64,000 bases of DNA from Turneriella sp. (GCA_965279515.1 CBDIID010000003.1:32001-96000), one strand, 5' to 3'; shown: positions 1 to 9,632, numbered from the stretch's first letter. The notes: generated from the sequence alone by a model not told the origin. Numbers and translations are program-made.

Positions 1-2
1 CA

Positions 3-608
3 CAGTCTGGTTATCCACACTTGACTTCGCTTTGGGTCGAGTTGAGAGATAATCGCGGTAACCTAGTGGATATCGTCGGTGGAAATCGGACAGGTGCTGC
101 CGTGACTGGTACGGGTACTTCCGCAGCCCCCACTCTGAGTGCCTCACCAGTAGCTACAGCCCACAATGAAACCCGGTATTTTAAAGGTGGCTTTCACATG
201 CCTTCAGCAGGGCTTGTCGGTACAGGTTCAGACGGGACCACGGGAGCAGCAGATAGCACCGATACTACCCGTACGAGCGTAACTAATGCGACGAATCCAT
301 GGACATTAGGGCCCTCGACTCCGAACCTTTCCACCGCAGCCTTTCCGGTTCGGACATCACCGACGACGGATAATAGCATAGAACTTATCTGTAACACCGC
401 ATCTGCAGATACACCTTATATGGTATCGATGGAGCGCAATTCCAGTTTCGGTGATGGCACATCGGCTGCCAATTGGGAGCATTCAACTAAGAATATGACA
501 ACCAGTGGTGGAAATGGAGGGCGCGGCAGATATATCAAAACTGATTACAGGGATCGAACGATTGCGACACCCGGTGAAATCAACTCGCGATGGAGCGCAT
601 TACCATGA
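3..608 (+). CDS. C-terminal part of a secreted/surface protein, possibly lamin-tail-domain-like (5' partial, starts before the window)
   Basis: Frame is open from base 3. It contains 'VELRDNRGNLVDIVG' and 'YMVSMER...NW...ATPGEINS', which resemble LTD motifs. The stop overlaps the next start (ATGA, 605-608). Confidence 0.55.
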   Translation, partial: QSGYPHLTSLWVELRDNRGNLVDIVGGNRTGAAVTGTGTSAAPTLSASPVATAHNETRYFKGGFHMPSAGLVGTGSDGTTGAADSTDTTRTSVTNATNPWTLGPSTPNLSTAAFPVRTSPTTDNSIELICNTASADTPYMVSMERNSSFGDGTSAANWEHSTKNMTTSGGNGGRGRYIKTDYRDRTIATPGEINSRWSALP

Positions 609-1672
609 AGAAGAGAGATGTGATCCTGATTTTTTTAATACTTACTCATTGTACTTCAGGGACGGATCAAAATGTCCGGAATCAGGATATTTTTGATGAA
701 GCGAAACAACTTGCTTTTCAGGATTTTACAGCAAGTCCTATCAACTTTGACGGAGGAATTCAAAGCTTATTGACGGCAATTGATGGGCAAGCGAATAATC
801 GTGAAAATGCGTATGCGGCAACGATTGAGGGTGTTGTTACTCTACCCTCCCGATACGGCGTAGCAATTGGTGGTTTAACAACTGCAGAGACAGCTTTATT
901 AATAGAAGGTTGTCGCAATGCCTGTAGCGATCCCGCACATACTACATCGGGAGCTTGTACGGGAGCATCGCAAGTATGGGGCCCGAATCAAATATTTGCC
1001 CGATCCTTTGTGCTACAAGATGCAAATGCCGCGATTTTGATTGTTTATGGTTTGGAGCCTCCGATTTCAGATGTTACACAAAACACCAGTATGAAGTACA
1101 TTCTCAACTCAAGAAAAGGGGATATGGCAGTGTTTGGAGATCGGATGCGTATTTCAGTAACACGAGTGCAAAAATATGGAACTGGAACGAATGTTCAACC
1201 TATCGTAACAGATTTTTCCTCACCTGTTCTGGTTTCAACTAGAAATCCAGTGCCGTACGCAATGAAAACTCTGGCTTTTACACGCGCCAGTGATTTATAT
1301 TTGACTCGCAGGATTGAAGGCTACATCATTGCTAAGCCTGAAAATTATGAATGTCTTAATGGGACTGACAGGGAGTTTCAGTTTAATTATCAAAAGGGAT
1401 ATATCGGGACTTTGTGTGCAGGTGCTTCAAGCTATGCAGATGCGAATGCTAGCTGTACGGGAAGCAAGGTTCCATACAAGATTCAGTTGAGTAATAATCT
1501 TGGTGCTGGCACCTTATCGGGCTTTGATACCGGAAATTCTTTTAGTTATAATTTTGCCTTGGGGGCTAAGGTTCGCTTAACGGGCAGTGTGTTTGTGCCT
1601 CAGTTTAATCAAGCAGAGTCCACACTAAGTTTGATGCTGGATCAAAAATTTCAAGCGGAGAGCCTTCGCTAG
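605..1672 (+). CDS. Putative lipoprotein with OB-fold-like (nuclease-associated) modules
   Basis: Signal/lipobox MKKRDVILIFLILTH-C. Motif pattern 'IEGVVT...SFVLQDANAAILIV...GDRMRISVT' resembles YhcR/DUF5689 OB folds. Start set at the ATG overlapping the upstream stop. Confidence 0.6.
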   Translation: MKKRDVILIFLILTHCTSGTDQNVRNQDIFDEAKQLAFQDFTASPINFDGGIQSLLTAIDGQANNRENAYAATIEGVVTLPSRYGVAIGGLTTAETALLIEGCRNACSDPAHTTSGACTGASQVWGPNQIFARSFVLQDANAAILIVYGLEPPISDVTQNTSMKYILNSRKGDMAVFGDRMRISVTRVQKYGTGTNVQPIVTDFSSPVLVSTRNPVPYAMKTLAFTRASDLYLTRRIEGYIIAKPENYECLNGTDREFQFNYQKGYIGTLCAGASSYADANASCTGSKVPYKIQLSNNLGAGTLSGFDTGNSFSYNFALGAKVRLTGSVFVPQFNQAESTLSLMLDQKFQAESLR

Positions 1673-1673
1673 T

Positions 1674-2807
1674 ATGAAAGGCTTCATTGCATTTCTATGC
1701 TTGCTCACCACATTCATGGGCTGCGCCAAAATTGCGGAGAGTGAATCCGCTGCAATTAAAAGGTCTTTTACTGATGACGGATGCAAAATCATCAGCGCGG
1801 CAGAGGGCAAAGGTTACTATGTGGGCATCGATAACTGTCTGACGGACAATGCGCTCAAAGCTGCATTGCAGGCGAGAATAAAGAATCACAAAGTTATGCG
1901 TTATACAGAAAATAGCACCGCCTTCACAGGATACGAATTTATTACAAAAGCCTTTGTTACACTCGGCAATGTAGTCTACGATATGCCTACCCGCTTTGAT
2001 GTGTGGGACGCCTATGTTCTTTTCGCAGCCAAGGGTGCAAATCCCTATAAATCGGGCGCAAACTGCGCTGTGGATAGAATTTTGGATTGGTATGATTATC
2101 AATGCTATCAGGTCCCGACAGAAATTATGAGTGCTAGTACCGGAGGCCAGCAAAATCCCGGAAGTGCGGATGCTTTGGCGGCGCCGGTTGCAAATTTCGG
2201 TGTCATTGGTCTGTACGACAGGGCGCATGGCTGGCCGGCAAGTTGGTTTCGGAACGCAACCCAGGATAATAATCCGTCGGGGGGCAGTTATTGTTATGAT
2301 GGCAATAATGATAGTTCTTATGATGTTTATGCAGACTACCGTGCGGTGACAGATTTGCATCACCTTGTGCCGGGCCGGCGCTCGCTTAACGGTGCGCTGT
2401 CAAATTTTGCCCCTGGAATTGTCGCGGCGCCAGATGCGAACTTTCCACGCACAAATGGCATGACTTTTGGTACCCCAAATGCCGGGGCGATGACGGGTTT
2501 TCCTGGTGCTACAGGCGTGACAGCCAAGGTGTGGACGCCAGCACCCGAGTTGCGCGGAGATTTCGCCCGTAATTATTTCTATATGGCGACACGTTATTAC
2601 ACAGAAGATTCTTGCTGGCAGACGAATAACGCCGTTACCAAGGCTAACATAAATACGTGGCTTGAAAATGTACTGCGACAATGGCACAGTGATGATCCAG
2701 TGAGTGCAGAAGAGATAACAAGAAATGATTGGGTTCAGCGAATACAGGGAAACAGGAATCCATTTGTTGATCATCCCGAGTGGGTGGCGAAGATTAGCGA
2801 TTTTTAG
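1674..2807 (+). CDS. Endonuclease I family (EndA/Bsn-like) lipoprotein
   Basis: Lipobox FMG-C. Motifs DRAHGWPASW, DLHHLVP, RGDFARNYFYMATRY, WHSDDPVS, RN...IQGNRNPFVDHPEWV. Confidence 0.9.
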   Translation: MKGFIAFLCLLTTFMGCAKIAESESAAIKRSFTDDGCKIISAAEGKGYYVGIDNCLTDNALKAALQARIKNHKVMRYTENSTAFTGYEFITKAFVTLGNVVYDMPTRFDVWDAYVLFAAKGANPYKSGANCAVDRILDWYDYQCYQVPTEIMSASTGGQQNPGSADALAAPVANFGVIGLYDRAHGWPASWFRNATQDNNPSGGSYCYDGNNDSSYDVYADYRAVTDLHHLVPGRRSLNGALSNFAPGIVAAPDANFPRTNGMTFGTPNAGAMTGFPGATGVTAKVWTPAPELRGDFARNYFYMATRYYTEDSCWQTNNAVTKANINTWLENVLRQWHSDDPVSAEEITRNDWVQRIQGNRNPFVDHPEWVAKISDF

Positions 2808-3000
2808 GTTACTGGCCTTGCGGTGCGGCGTACAATGAATAGAGCTGTACATATTAGGCGGGAGTTAACATTTCGTCAAGCGGCGAAGCGTTGAACGCAT
2901 TAGGTTGTATGGGCAAAGAAAGTAAACATGCTGTGCATTATTGGCACTTTTGTTGCTCTGCAACATATTTACTATGTGGGGAAGTGTTGTTGGAGGCTTT

Positions 3001-6000
3001 ATGAGATCAGAAAAGAAGACTATACTATGTTTGGGGGTTCTTCTCTTAACTTTGCTCATGGCCTGCGGCGGCAGAGAATTAGGCAATACTTCCTCAGAGA
3101 GTGGCATTACTGGCTCAGGTGATGCAGCCACTCCCCCTAAAGTAACTGCCATTACCCCTTCCGATTTGAGCACGGGAATCAACAGGGACGCGGTTATTCA
3201 GATTACGTTTAGCGTAGCAGTAAATAGCGCTACGGTTACCATGACCTCAAATACGACATGTACGGGCTCAATCCAAGTCTCAACTGATGCTAACTTTGGG
3301 GCTGGCACTTGTTTGGCCATGAATCAGACCGTTACGCAGTCCGGCACCGTAGTAACTGTTCGTACCGCAAGCCTAATGACCGCAAGCATACCACATTATA
3401 TTCGCATTACGACTGCTGTTGCGGGCGGAACAGGCCTTACGATGCAAACGCAGTTCAACTCAAATTTTACCACGGGTACAGCCTTAACTCCGCTCAACAA
3501 TGAGTTCGGCACCGATTGCAGTGGGGGGGCGGGCACGGTTGCGGCTTTCAAAACTGCAGCAACAGGCACAGAAGGGGCGGTGGGACCTCTTGCCATCAGC
3601 GGCTTAGTTGTCACTGGTATTGATCGCTTTGGTAGTTTTTACTTACAGAAAGGAAGTGAGGGAATTTACGTCGACGTGAATACTACGGCCGGTGCGTGTG
3701 GCACTACTTGTCTTGGCAATAAGGCTTCATACTATAACTTGCAAGTCGGCGACGAAATTTGTTTGAATATTACACGTGCCGTAGAGACAAATACTGTTGA
3801 TACGGTGAAAGATTACGACGCGATAAAGAAAACTGGTATCGGCACAGTATCTCCGCTGGTTCTGACCGATGTCTTTACAGCCGCAACCATAAGTCGCTGG
3901 GTGCGTGTCAGCGGATTTCTGACAACCAAGACAGCTGGCGGCAACGTTAACCATACCCTGACTTTTGCGGACGGCAAATCTCTGGTCATTCGGGATAACA
4001 CGAGCAATAAATTTAGCAGCATAAATCAGAACGACTATATCGAAGTAACGACTGTTGCGAGTTGGTTTGGCGGGAGTCCGCAGTTAATGATGGATACCGG
4101 AGTTGGGACGGCGAGTACAGGCACATCGCCACCAGCATATTCCGTGGCAGGAACTGTAAGTGGCTGGAGTGCAGGGGAGAACTTCACTTTGACCTTAAAT
4201 GGCGGAAATGCTACTAGCGTTAGCGCAAATGGTGGTTATACGTTTACTGGGAGCCCAACCGTAAGCGGACAATACACAGTAGCCATTTCCGTCCAACCCA
4301 CAAACAATGTGTGTGTGGTGAGTAATCCGACGGGTTATGCAACCGCAAATATTTCTAATGTGAATGTTACCTGCACTCCCAAACCCATGTATAATTTTCT
4401 TACTTGGGCTGATACTGAGGCGGCGAGTACTTATCCCCAGGCTGCACAGTTTTTTACAACGGCTACCTTGGATGGTGGAAATGCGCTGGATACAACGGCC
4501 GGATCATATTCTACGCTTTATACGGGGGTATACAATGGTACATCCAGTTCGCGTATGCTTGGACTCGGGAGTGGAGGTTTGAAATTCCTGAATACTGGTT
4601 CTGGCGGAACGTACATGGGAGCAATGGTACTAACATTGGATACTATCGGAAAAACTTCGCTGCGGATGAACTGGACGGCGACTACTGTAACAGTCCTGGC
4701 TCGACCGTATCGAATTGCTATTCAGACCCGAACAAGCCCTTCAAGCGCCTGGACCAATAACGGTAGTTTCTACGGGGCAAATGCAGCGGCCGGACATTCA
4801 CAGACTTTTTCAGCAGTGGACATCAGCGCCATAGATAACCAAATACAAGGCCAGATTCGGTTTGTATATTATCAGGAAGGAGCGGGTAGTGGAAACCGGC
4901 CTGAACTGTCGCTGGATGATATTGCAATTTATACTACTGGAAACGCACGGGCGTGGTTAACGGCTTTTTCTCCCGGAGTAACCGCAACGGGTATCTCTGT
5001 GACACCGACGGTGAGTGTGACCTTTAATGAAGCTATGAATCCCGCTACCGTAACGACGGGTAATCTTTACATAGTTGCGGGTACAAACTGCAGCAACACC
5101 GCAATTACTGCGGCGATCACCGCATCGAACGGCAATCAGACTTTCAGTTTTTCACCAACGGGGCTGGCTAGTTCAACTCAATACACGACGTGCGTGAAGG
5201 CGGCTATCGCCGATGCAGGTGGTGAGACCATTGGTACGGATAGAAACATCAGCTGGACGACAGTTGTCGTCGATGTGACGGCACCGACGATCAGCAGTAC
5301 TACGCCGGCGAATGCGGCTACCAGCATTGCCTTGAATTCTACCGTTGCCGTTACATTCAGCGAAGCCATGAGTACGGGAACCGTGACGGCCCAAACCAGC
5401 GCAGGGGCTTGTACAGGTAGCGTTCAGGTCTCGACGCAGGCCAGTAATTTTGCAAGCTGCATTGCGATGACCGCCGCGGCACCGACTTTCAGTGGTGGCA
5501 ATACCATAGCCACGTTTACACCCGCATCTAATCTCACTGCCTCCACAACCTATCTGATACGGGTTACGACGGCGGTTCAGGATGCGGCAAATAATGCCCT
5601 GGCCGCCCAGTTTACAACAGCAACCGGATTTACCACGGTTGCGGCGGATGTAACACCACCGACGATTAGTAGCACGACCCCAGCGAACGCCGCGACGGGC
5701 GTTGCGACAAGCTCGACTGTTGCGGTAACTTTCAGCGAGGCTATGAATACTGGAACGGTGACCGTACAAACAAGCGCGGGTGCATGTTCTGGTAGTATTC
5801 AAGTCTCCCTGGATAACTTCACGAATTGTATTGCCATGGCGGCGGCAGCACCGACCTTCAGTGGCGGCAACACTATTGCTACAGTAACCCCGGCATCAGC
5901 ACTCACCGCTTCGACGACGTACAAGATACGCGTGACCACTGCGGTTCAGGATGCGTCGAATAATGCTCTGGCGGCTCAGTTTGAGACTGCGACGGGGTTT

Positions 6001-6684
6001 ACAACAGGAGCAGGTGCGCCGACGTATATTATACAAGAGTCATTTAACTACGGAGCGACGACACAGGCGCTGACCGCAGCCACGGCGAATTGGACTGCTC
6101 ATAGTGCTGCTGGAACGAATTCGCTTCAGTATGTCCAATCGCCGCTATCGATGACTGGATATTGTTCTGGTGGCGGCATTGGCGGTGTAAACTTCACAAC
6201 GTCGGGTGAAGATATAAATAGAACATATACCTCTCAAACTTCAGGCACTATGTACTATGCTGCATTAGTTAATCTCTCAGCGATCGGAAATACGACCGGA
6301 GACTATTTCCTCAGCATAGGCACTGGAACAACGAATCTCTACGGTAGGGTTTATGCCCGGAATAATGGTTCGGGGCAGGTCAACTTTGGTATCGCTCGAA
6401 TAAACGAAGCTGCTGTCTATGCAGCGGGCACGTATGCTTTGAATACAACCTACTTGATCGTCGTGAAATCCGATGCTTTTGGAACCACAGGTCAGGCGAA
6501 CCTATTTGTCTTAAGCGCTTCGGCAGGTAGTGAACCAGCAGCAAATGCGACAAGTACTGGAAATACAACTAACATCGCAAACTATTCAGCGGTTTTTCTG
6601 AGACAAGGAGCTACCGCCCAAATGCCAACAGGGAAGGTTGGATGTATAACTGTAGGTAAAAGTTGGGCCAGCCTATTCGAGTAA
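3001..6684 (+). CDS. Large surface lipoprotein with multiple bacterial Ig-like (Big_5-type) domains and an OB-fold pair
   Basis: Lipobox LLMA-C after ATG 3001. Four 'P...TP......V.VTFSEAM'-type units. 'GLVVTG...SFYLQKGSEGIYV...LQVGDEI' is OB-like. Thr/Ser/Ala-rich. Confidence 0.85.
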   Translation: MRSEKKTILCLGVLLLTLLMACGGRELGNTSSESGITGSGDAATPPKVTAITPSDLSTGINRDAVIQITFSVAVNSATVTMTSNTTCTGSIQVSTDANFGAGTCLAMNQTVTQSGTVVTVRTASLMTASIPHYIRITTAVAGGTGLTMQTQFNSNFTTGTALTPLNNEFGTDCSGGAGTVAAFKTAATGTEGAVGPLAISGLVVTGIDRFGSFYLQKGSEGIYVDVNTTAGACGTTCLGNKASYYNLQVGDEICLNITRAVETNTVDTVKDYDAIKKTGIGTVSPLVLTDVFTAATISRWVRVSGFLTTKTAGGNVNHTLTFADGKSLVIRDNTSNKFSSINQNDYIEVTTVASWFGGSPQLMMDTGVGTASTGTSPPAYSVAGTVSGWSAGENFTLTLNGGNATSVSANGGYTFTGSPTVSGQYTVAISVQPTNNVCVVSNPTGYATANISNVNVTCTPKPMYNFLTWADTEAASTYPQAAQFFTTATLDGGNALDTTAGSYSTLYTGVYNGTSSSRMLGLGSGGLKFLNTGSGGTYMGAMVLTLDTIGKTSLRMNWTATTVTVLARPYRIAIQTRTSPSSAWTNNGSFYGANAAAGHSQTFSAVDISAIDNQIQGQIRFVYYQEGAGSGNRPELSLDDIAIYTTGNARAWLTAFSPGVTATGISVTPTVSVTFNEAMNPATVTTGNLYIVAGTNCSNTAITAAITASNGNQTFSFSPTGLASSTQYTTCVKAAIADAGGETIGTDRNISWTTVVVDVTAPTISSTTPANAATSIALNSTVAVTFSEAMSTGTVTAQTSAGACTGSVQVSTQASNFASCIAMTAAAPTFSGGNTIATFTPASNLTASTTYLIRVTTAVQDAANNALAAQFTTATGFTTVAADVTPPTISSTTPANAATGVATSSTVAVTFSEAMNTGTVTVQTSAGACSGSIQVSLDNFTNCIAMAAAAPTFSGGNTIATVTPASALTASTTYKIRVTTAVQDASNNALAAQFETATGFTTGAGAPTYIIQESFNYGATTQALTAATANWTAHSAAGTNSLQYVQSPLSMTGYCSGGGIGGVNFTTSGEDINRTYTSQTSGTMYYAALVNLSAIGNTTGDYFLSIGTGTTNLYGRVYARNNGSGQVNFGIARINEAAVYAAGTYALNTTYLIVVKSDAFGTTGQANLFVLSASAGSEPAANATSTGNTTNIANYSAVFLRQGATAQMPTGKVGCITVGKSWASLFE
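5272..6009 (+). repeat. Intragenic tandem duplication of an Ig-like domain (375-nt period)
   Basis: DVTAPTISSTTPANAAT... at 5272 and DVTPPTISSTTPANAAT... at 5647. The protein copies are near-identical, with many synonymous differences. Confidence 0.9.
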
Positions 6685-6853
6685 TATGCCATCGATTTTG
6701 CGCGTGCATGTAGTGTGTCCTCGCAGGCAATGCCTCCGCCAGCCCCTCTTCACGCAGTGGAGAGGGCAGCCAAAGCACATTCTTTAAAATTCAGAACCGG
6801 CCATCTTTCTTCCCCTATCTCTACTCGGGCGATGGGGTAAGAAACCAAAAACA

Positions 6854-6882
6854 TTGACGGTGCCGCCGGGGCGGTATAACTT
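6854..6882 (+). promoter_or_regulatory. Sigma70-like promoter, probably producing a leaderless transcript
   Basis: TTGACG-N17-TAACTT, 6 nt before ATG 6889, with no SD sequence. Confidence 0.5.
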
Positions 6883-6888
6883 GGGCCT

Positions 6889-7143
6889 ATGAACGATCTG
6901 GTGATATTGGGGATTGTGCTCGGCGGCATTGTGCTCATGCTCTTTCTCATTTCGGAACGGCAGGCGGGAAAACGCGCCGTGGAATTAAAAATGTTCCAGA
7001 TGGAAAACACCCGCATGATTCAACAAATGGAAAAAGAATCACGGCTTAGGCATGAAGAAAATATGACTTATTTCAATGGGGTTATGCAGTCCATATCTCG
7101 CGTTATCCTTAAGCAAGAAGAGGGTGAGGGCGGGGTTAAGTAA
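6889..7143 (+). CDS. Small single-pass membrane protein (84 aa)
   Basis: N-terminal hydrophobic helix followed by a coiled-coil-like tail, with a promoter directly upstream. Confidence 0.65.
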   Translation: MNDLVILGIVLGGIVLMLFLISERQAGKRAVELKMFQMENTRMIQQMEKESRLRHEENMTYFNGVMQSISRVILKQEEGEGGVK

Positions 7144-7262
7144 CGTTTTTTGACGAGACCCGTACCGTACTCAAAGTGCGTCGCGCAGCCGTCTCTCGCT
7201 GACCTGGCTTAGGTTGGTTGTCAGTGACGGGTCGGTGCTGGTACTCGCTGGTACTCGATTTC

Positions 7263-7291
7263 TTGACGCCGCTAACTGATCTTGTTACATT
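7263..7291 (+). promoter_or_regulatory. Sigma70-like promoter, probably producing a leaderless transcript
   Basis: TTGACG-N17-TACATT, 6 nt before ATG 7298. Confidence 0.55.
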
Positions 7292-7297
7292 GCCCGC

Positions 7298-7423
7298 ATG
7301 AGCGCATTGGCAACGGTTGCGTTTTTTGTGACTTTCACAGGTGCCGGATATCTAATCGCTGTTGCTATGTCTCGGCTGATTGCAGAGCAGGTGGCTAATA
7401 GGCTAAATCGCCATAATAAATGA
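7298..7423 (+). CDS. Small membrane peptide (41 aa; not in ORF track)
   Basis: MSALATVAFFVTFTGAGYLIAVAMSRLIAEQVANRLNRHNK. Has an upstream promoter and an ATGA overlap with the next ORF. Confidence 0.5.
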   Translation: MSALATVAFFVTFTGAGYLIAVAMSRLIAEQVANRLNRHNK

Positions 7424-7584
7424 ATGCGCGAATCCTTTTGCTGATTGGATTCGCGATACTTGCGTCCAGTATTTTACTTCTGCAAAGTTACAAAGAATAC
7501 GCGAAAACTGTTGAGACGCTTGTTACCTTGCTGGCATTGACGACATCGTTCGTCGCGATCTATGATTTCCTCAAAAAGAAATAA
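7420..7584 (+). CDS. Small two-helix membrane peptide (54 aa; not in ORF track)
   Basis: MNARILLLIGFAILASSILLLQSYKEYAKTVETLVTLLALTTSFVAIYDFLKKK. Translationally coupled to the 41-aa ORF. Confidence 0.5.
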   Translation: MNARILLLIGFAILASSILLLQSYKEYAKTVETLVTLLALTTSFVAIYDFLKKK

Positions 7585-7589
7585 CCGAC

Positions 7590-7826
7590 TCAGAGTGCTT
7601 GCCGTAACTTCTGTTCAGCCAATCGGCCCAGATAGCTGGCCAAGGCAAGACGGGCCGTGTTGCCCGTCGTCGCGGGCGAAGCAAAGTTTGCGGTTGTTAG
7701 AATATCCATCCGTGTGGCGGTGAGCCGTGTAATACGTAAGCCCTTTGCTTCCGGGCTGGTTTGGGCCGAGGCTGCTTTCAGGGTACGCAGCGACAGCAGG
7801 AGGAGTTGCTCCTCCGCCGAAATCAT
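7590..7826 (-). CDS. Hypothetical protein (78 aa) coupled to fliS
   Basis: Start overlaps the fliS stop (ATGA). No recognisable motif. Confidence 0.45.
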   Translation of the reverse strand: MISAEEQLLLLSLRTLKAASAQTSPEAKGLRITRLTATRMDILTTANFASPATTGNTARLALASYLGRLAEQKLRQAL

Positions 7827-8257
7827 CCCTCGGCCTTAAAGCCGCCCTTATAATCCGTGGGTTTTGCCGCCGCAGCCTTGGCGGGCGCTGTGTCGATCTG
7901 CTTCCAGGCCTCTACGAGCTCCGTGAGGACCTTTTTGACGGGTTTCATCTTGTCCGTCTTCTTTTCGAGGTTGGCCTCGAGCAGCTGGGTTTTGCAGTAG
8001 GCGTAGAGGTTGAAGAGGTTTTGGGCGATTTCGCCGCCCTCGGCGAGGTTGAGTGAAACCATGAGTTCGGTAAAGATGTCTTGTGCGCGCAGAATCGCCG
8101 CATTGGCCTTGTCGAAGGTCTTGAAGGAGGTCATGTGGCCCTCCGCCTCTTTGATGAAGCGCAGCGCGCCCTCGTAGAGCATGATAATGAGCTGCTTCTG
8201 GTCGGCGGTGCCAACGGAGTTGGCCTGGTATTCTTTAAGGTGCAGGTCGCGTGACAT
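7823..8257 (-). CDS. fliS: Flagellar export chaperone FliS
   Basis: YQANSVGTA..QLIIMLYEGALRF, AQDIFTELMVSLN..GGEIAQNLFNLYAY, EL.EAW. Confidence 0.95.
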   Translation of the reverse strand: MSRDLHLKEYQANSVGTADQKQLIIMLYEGALRFIKEAEGHMTSFKTFDKANAAILRAQDIFTELMVSLNLAEGGEIAQNLFNLYAYCKTQLLEANLEKKTDKMKPVKKVLTELVEAWKQIDTAPAKAAAAKPTDYKGGFKAEG

Positions 8258-8358
8258 CAGTTACGCCTTTGAATGAGGCTCTCAGAGTGTCGGCACTTTT
8301 TGAAGAATAGGCGAGGGTTTTTGAAAAAGCCCCATTCCGGGAAGAAATGGGGCATGCT

Positions 8359-8484
8359 TTACTTCGAAGCTTCTGTCTTCGTCTTATCTTTCGTCTTGCT
8401 TTTCTCGCCGTCTTTGCCGTCGCAGGCGTTTACCGCTGCGGCCGCAAAAAGAGCAACAACCAAAAGGGCAGCCAATTTCTTCAT
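8359..8484 (-). CDS. Tiny lipoprotein (41 aa; not in ORF track)
   Basis: MKKLAALLVVALFAAAAVNA-CDGKDGEKSKTKDKTKTEASK, with a GGAGG SD just upstream. Confidence 0.7.
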   Translation of the reverse strand: MKKLAALLVVALFAAAAVNACDGKDGEKSKTKDKTKTEASK

Positions 8485-8612
8485 AGAGCCTCCAGGACAA
8501 TACATGCCGCAGCCGCCAAAGCCGCCACGTGCTTCACTGCCAAGTTAATTCAGGGCAGGGCATGCGGCCAGAAAAAGCGTTTTCGCAGCGTTCCAAAAAG
8601 CGATCATGCCTG

Positions 8613-9632
8613 ATGCGTTTAGCGTTTTTAGTGGGATTTATCTCTGTTCTGGCCATGGCCTCGTGCAAAGCGGCACCGGCTGCCGCCGCCCGTACGGATA
8701 TACAGGCGATCTTTCATGGCTCACCCGAAGAGACGCTGAAACCGACCATCTGGGATACCGGCGATACGACTGTAACGAACGAAGACCGCCTCGAGATCTA
8801 TGAGCCGCATATCCGCGGCATCGGCGGCGGCTACTTCGGTGTTGGTTCGATTCAGAATTTTACGCTCGCCGCGTGGGCGAGAAGCGAATACATCTGGCTC
8901 ATGGACTTTACGCGCGTGGTGGTTGCCGCCAATAAAATCCACACGGCTTTCCTGAAGCGCCTGAAGACCCCCGCCGAGCACCGCGCGATGTGGGACAAAA
9001 AGAAATCGGCGGCAGAAGCCGACAAGATTTTAGATGAAGAATTTAAGGGTAACCCCGATCTCGCCTTCATTAAAGAAAGCTATCGTAAGGCGTCGCCTTA
9101 TCTCATGATCACCTTCGGCTTTATTGACAAACTGACAAAAAAGCGACCCTATAAGTACTGGTTGAACGACCAGGAACAGTACGACTACCTGAAGGGTCTT
9201 GCATTGGCAAACCGCATACGCGCGATCAAGGGCGACCTGAACGGCGACACAACGGTGAATGGCATTGCCGCGGCGGCGAAACAGATGGGCGTACCGCTGC
9301 GCATTCTCTATTATTCGAACGCAGAAGAGTATTTCAAGGGTTACAAGCCGCCGTTCAAAAAATCCTTTTCGCAGATGCCGGTCGACGATAAGTCGTTCGT
9401 GGTGCGCACGATCTCTTTCAACAAGGCGAAATGGCGCTGGGCCGAAGATTCTGACCTCAGCACCGACCGCGGTTTCCATTACAGCCTGCAGCCGGCGACC
9501 GAATTTGTCGAGGCGCTGAAGCTCGAGCAGGTCGACGTGCGCGATTTTTACAAGACAGCCCTCGTCGATCCGAAAGAGTATGGCCTCAGCTGGCTGGGCT
9601 CGCTCGCTGAAAAAAAGCGTGCGGGTAAATAG
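8613..9632 (+). CDS. Conserved lipoprotein, LIC_10091-like (possible methyltransferase-like fold)
   Basis: Lipobox AMAS-C. Motifs GGGYFGVGSIQNF..AWARSEY.WLMD and GDL.G...LYYSNAEEY. Confidence 0.65.
   Translation: MRLAFLVGFISVLAMASCKAAPAAAARTDIQAIFHGSPEETLKPTIWDTGDTTVTNEDRLEIYEPHIRGIGGGYFGVGSIQNFTLAAWARSEYIWLMDFTRVVVAANKIHTAFLKRLKTPAEHRAMWDKKKSAAEADKILDEEFKGNPDLAFIKESYRKASPYLMITFGFIDKLTKKRPYKYWLNDQEQYDYLKGLALANRIRAIKGDLNGDTTVNGIAAAAKQMGVPLRILYYSNAEEYFKGYKPPFKKSFSQMPVDDKSFVVRTISFNKAKWRWAEDSDLSTDRGFHYSLQPATEFVEALKLEQVDVRDFYKTALVDPKEYGLSWLGSLAEKKRAGK

Noticed and set aside
2941..3000. TTG start at 2941 for the large Ig protein (likewise extended starts at 8529, 15338, 28987, 38502, 42039)
   Set aside because: Signal peptides, homology starts and overlaps with neighbouring genes support the downstream starts used.
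7141..7260. attC site after the 84-aa ORF (TAAC... and GCTGGTACTC direct repeat)
   Set aside because: No complementary GTT end with an inner stem, and no similarity to the three attC-like elements.
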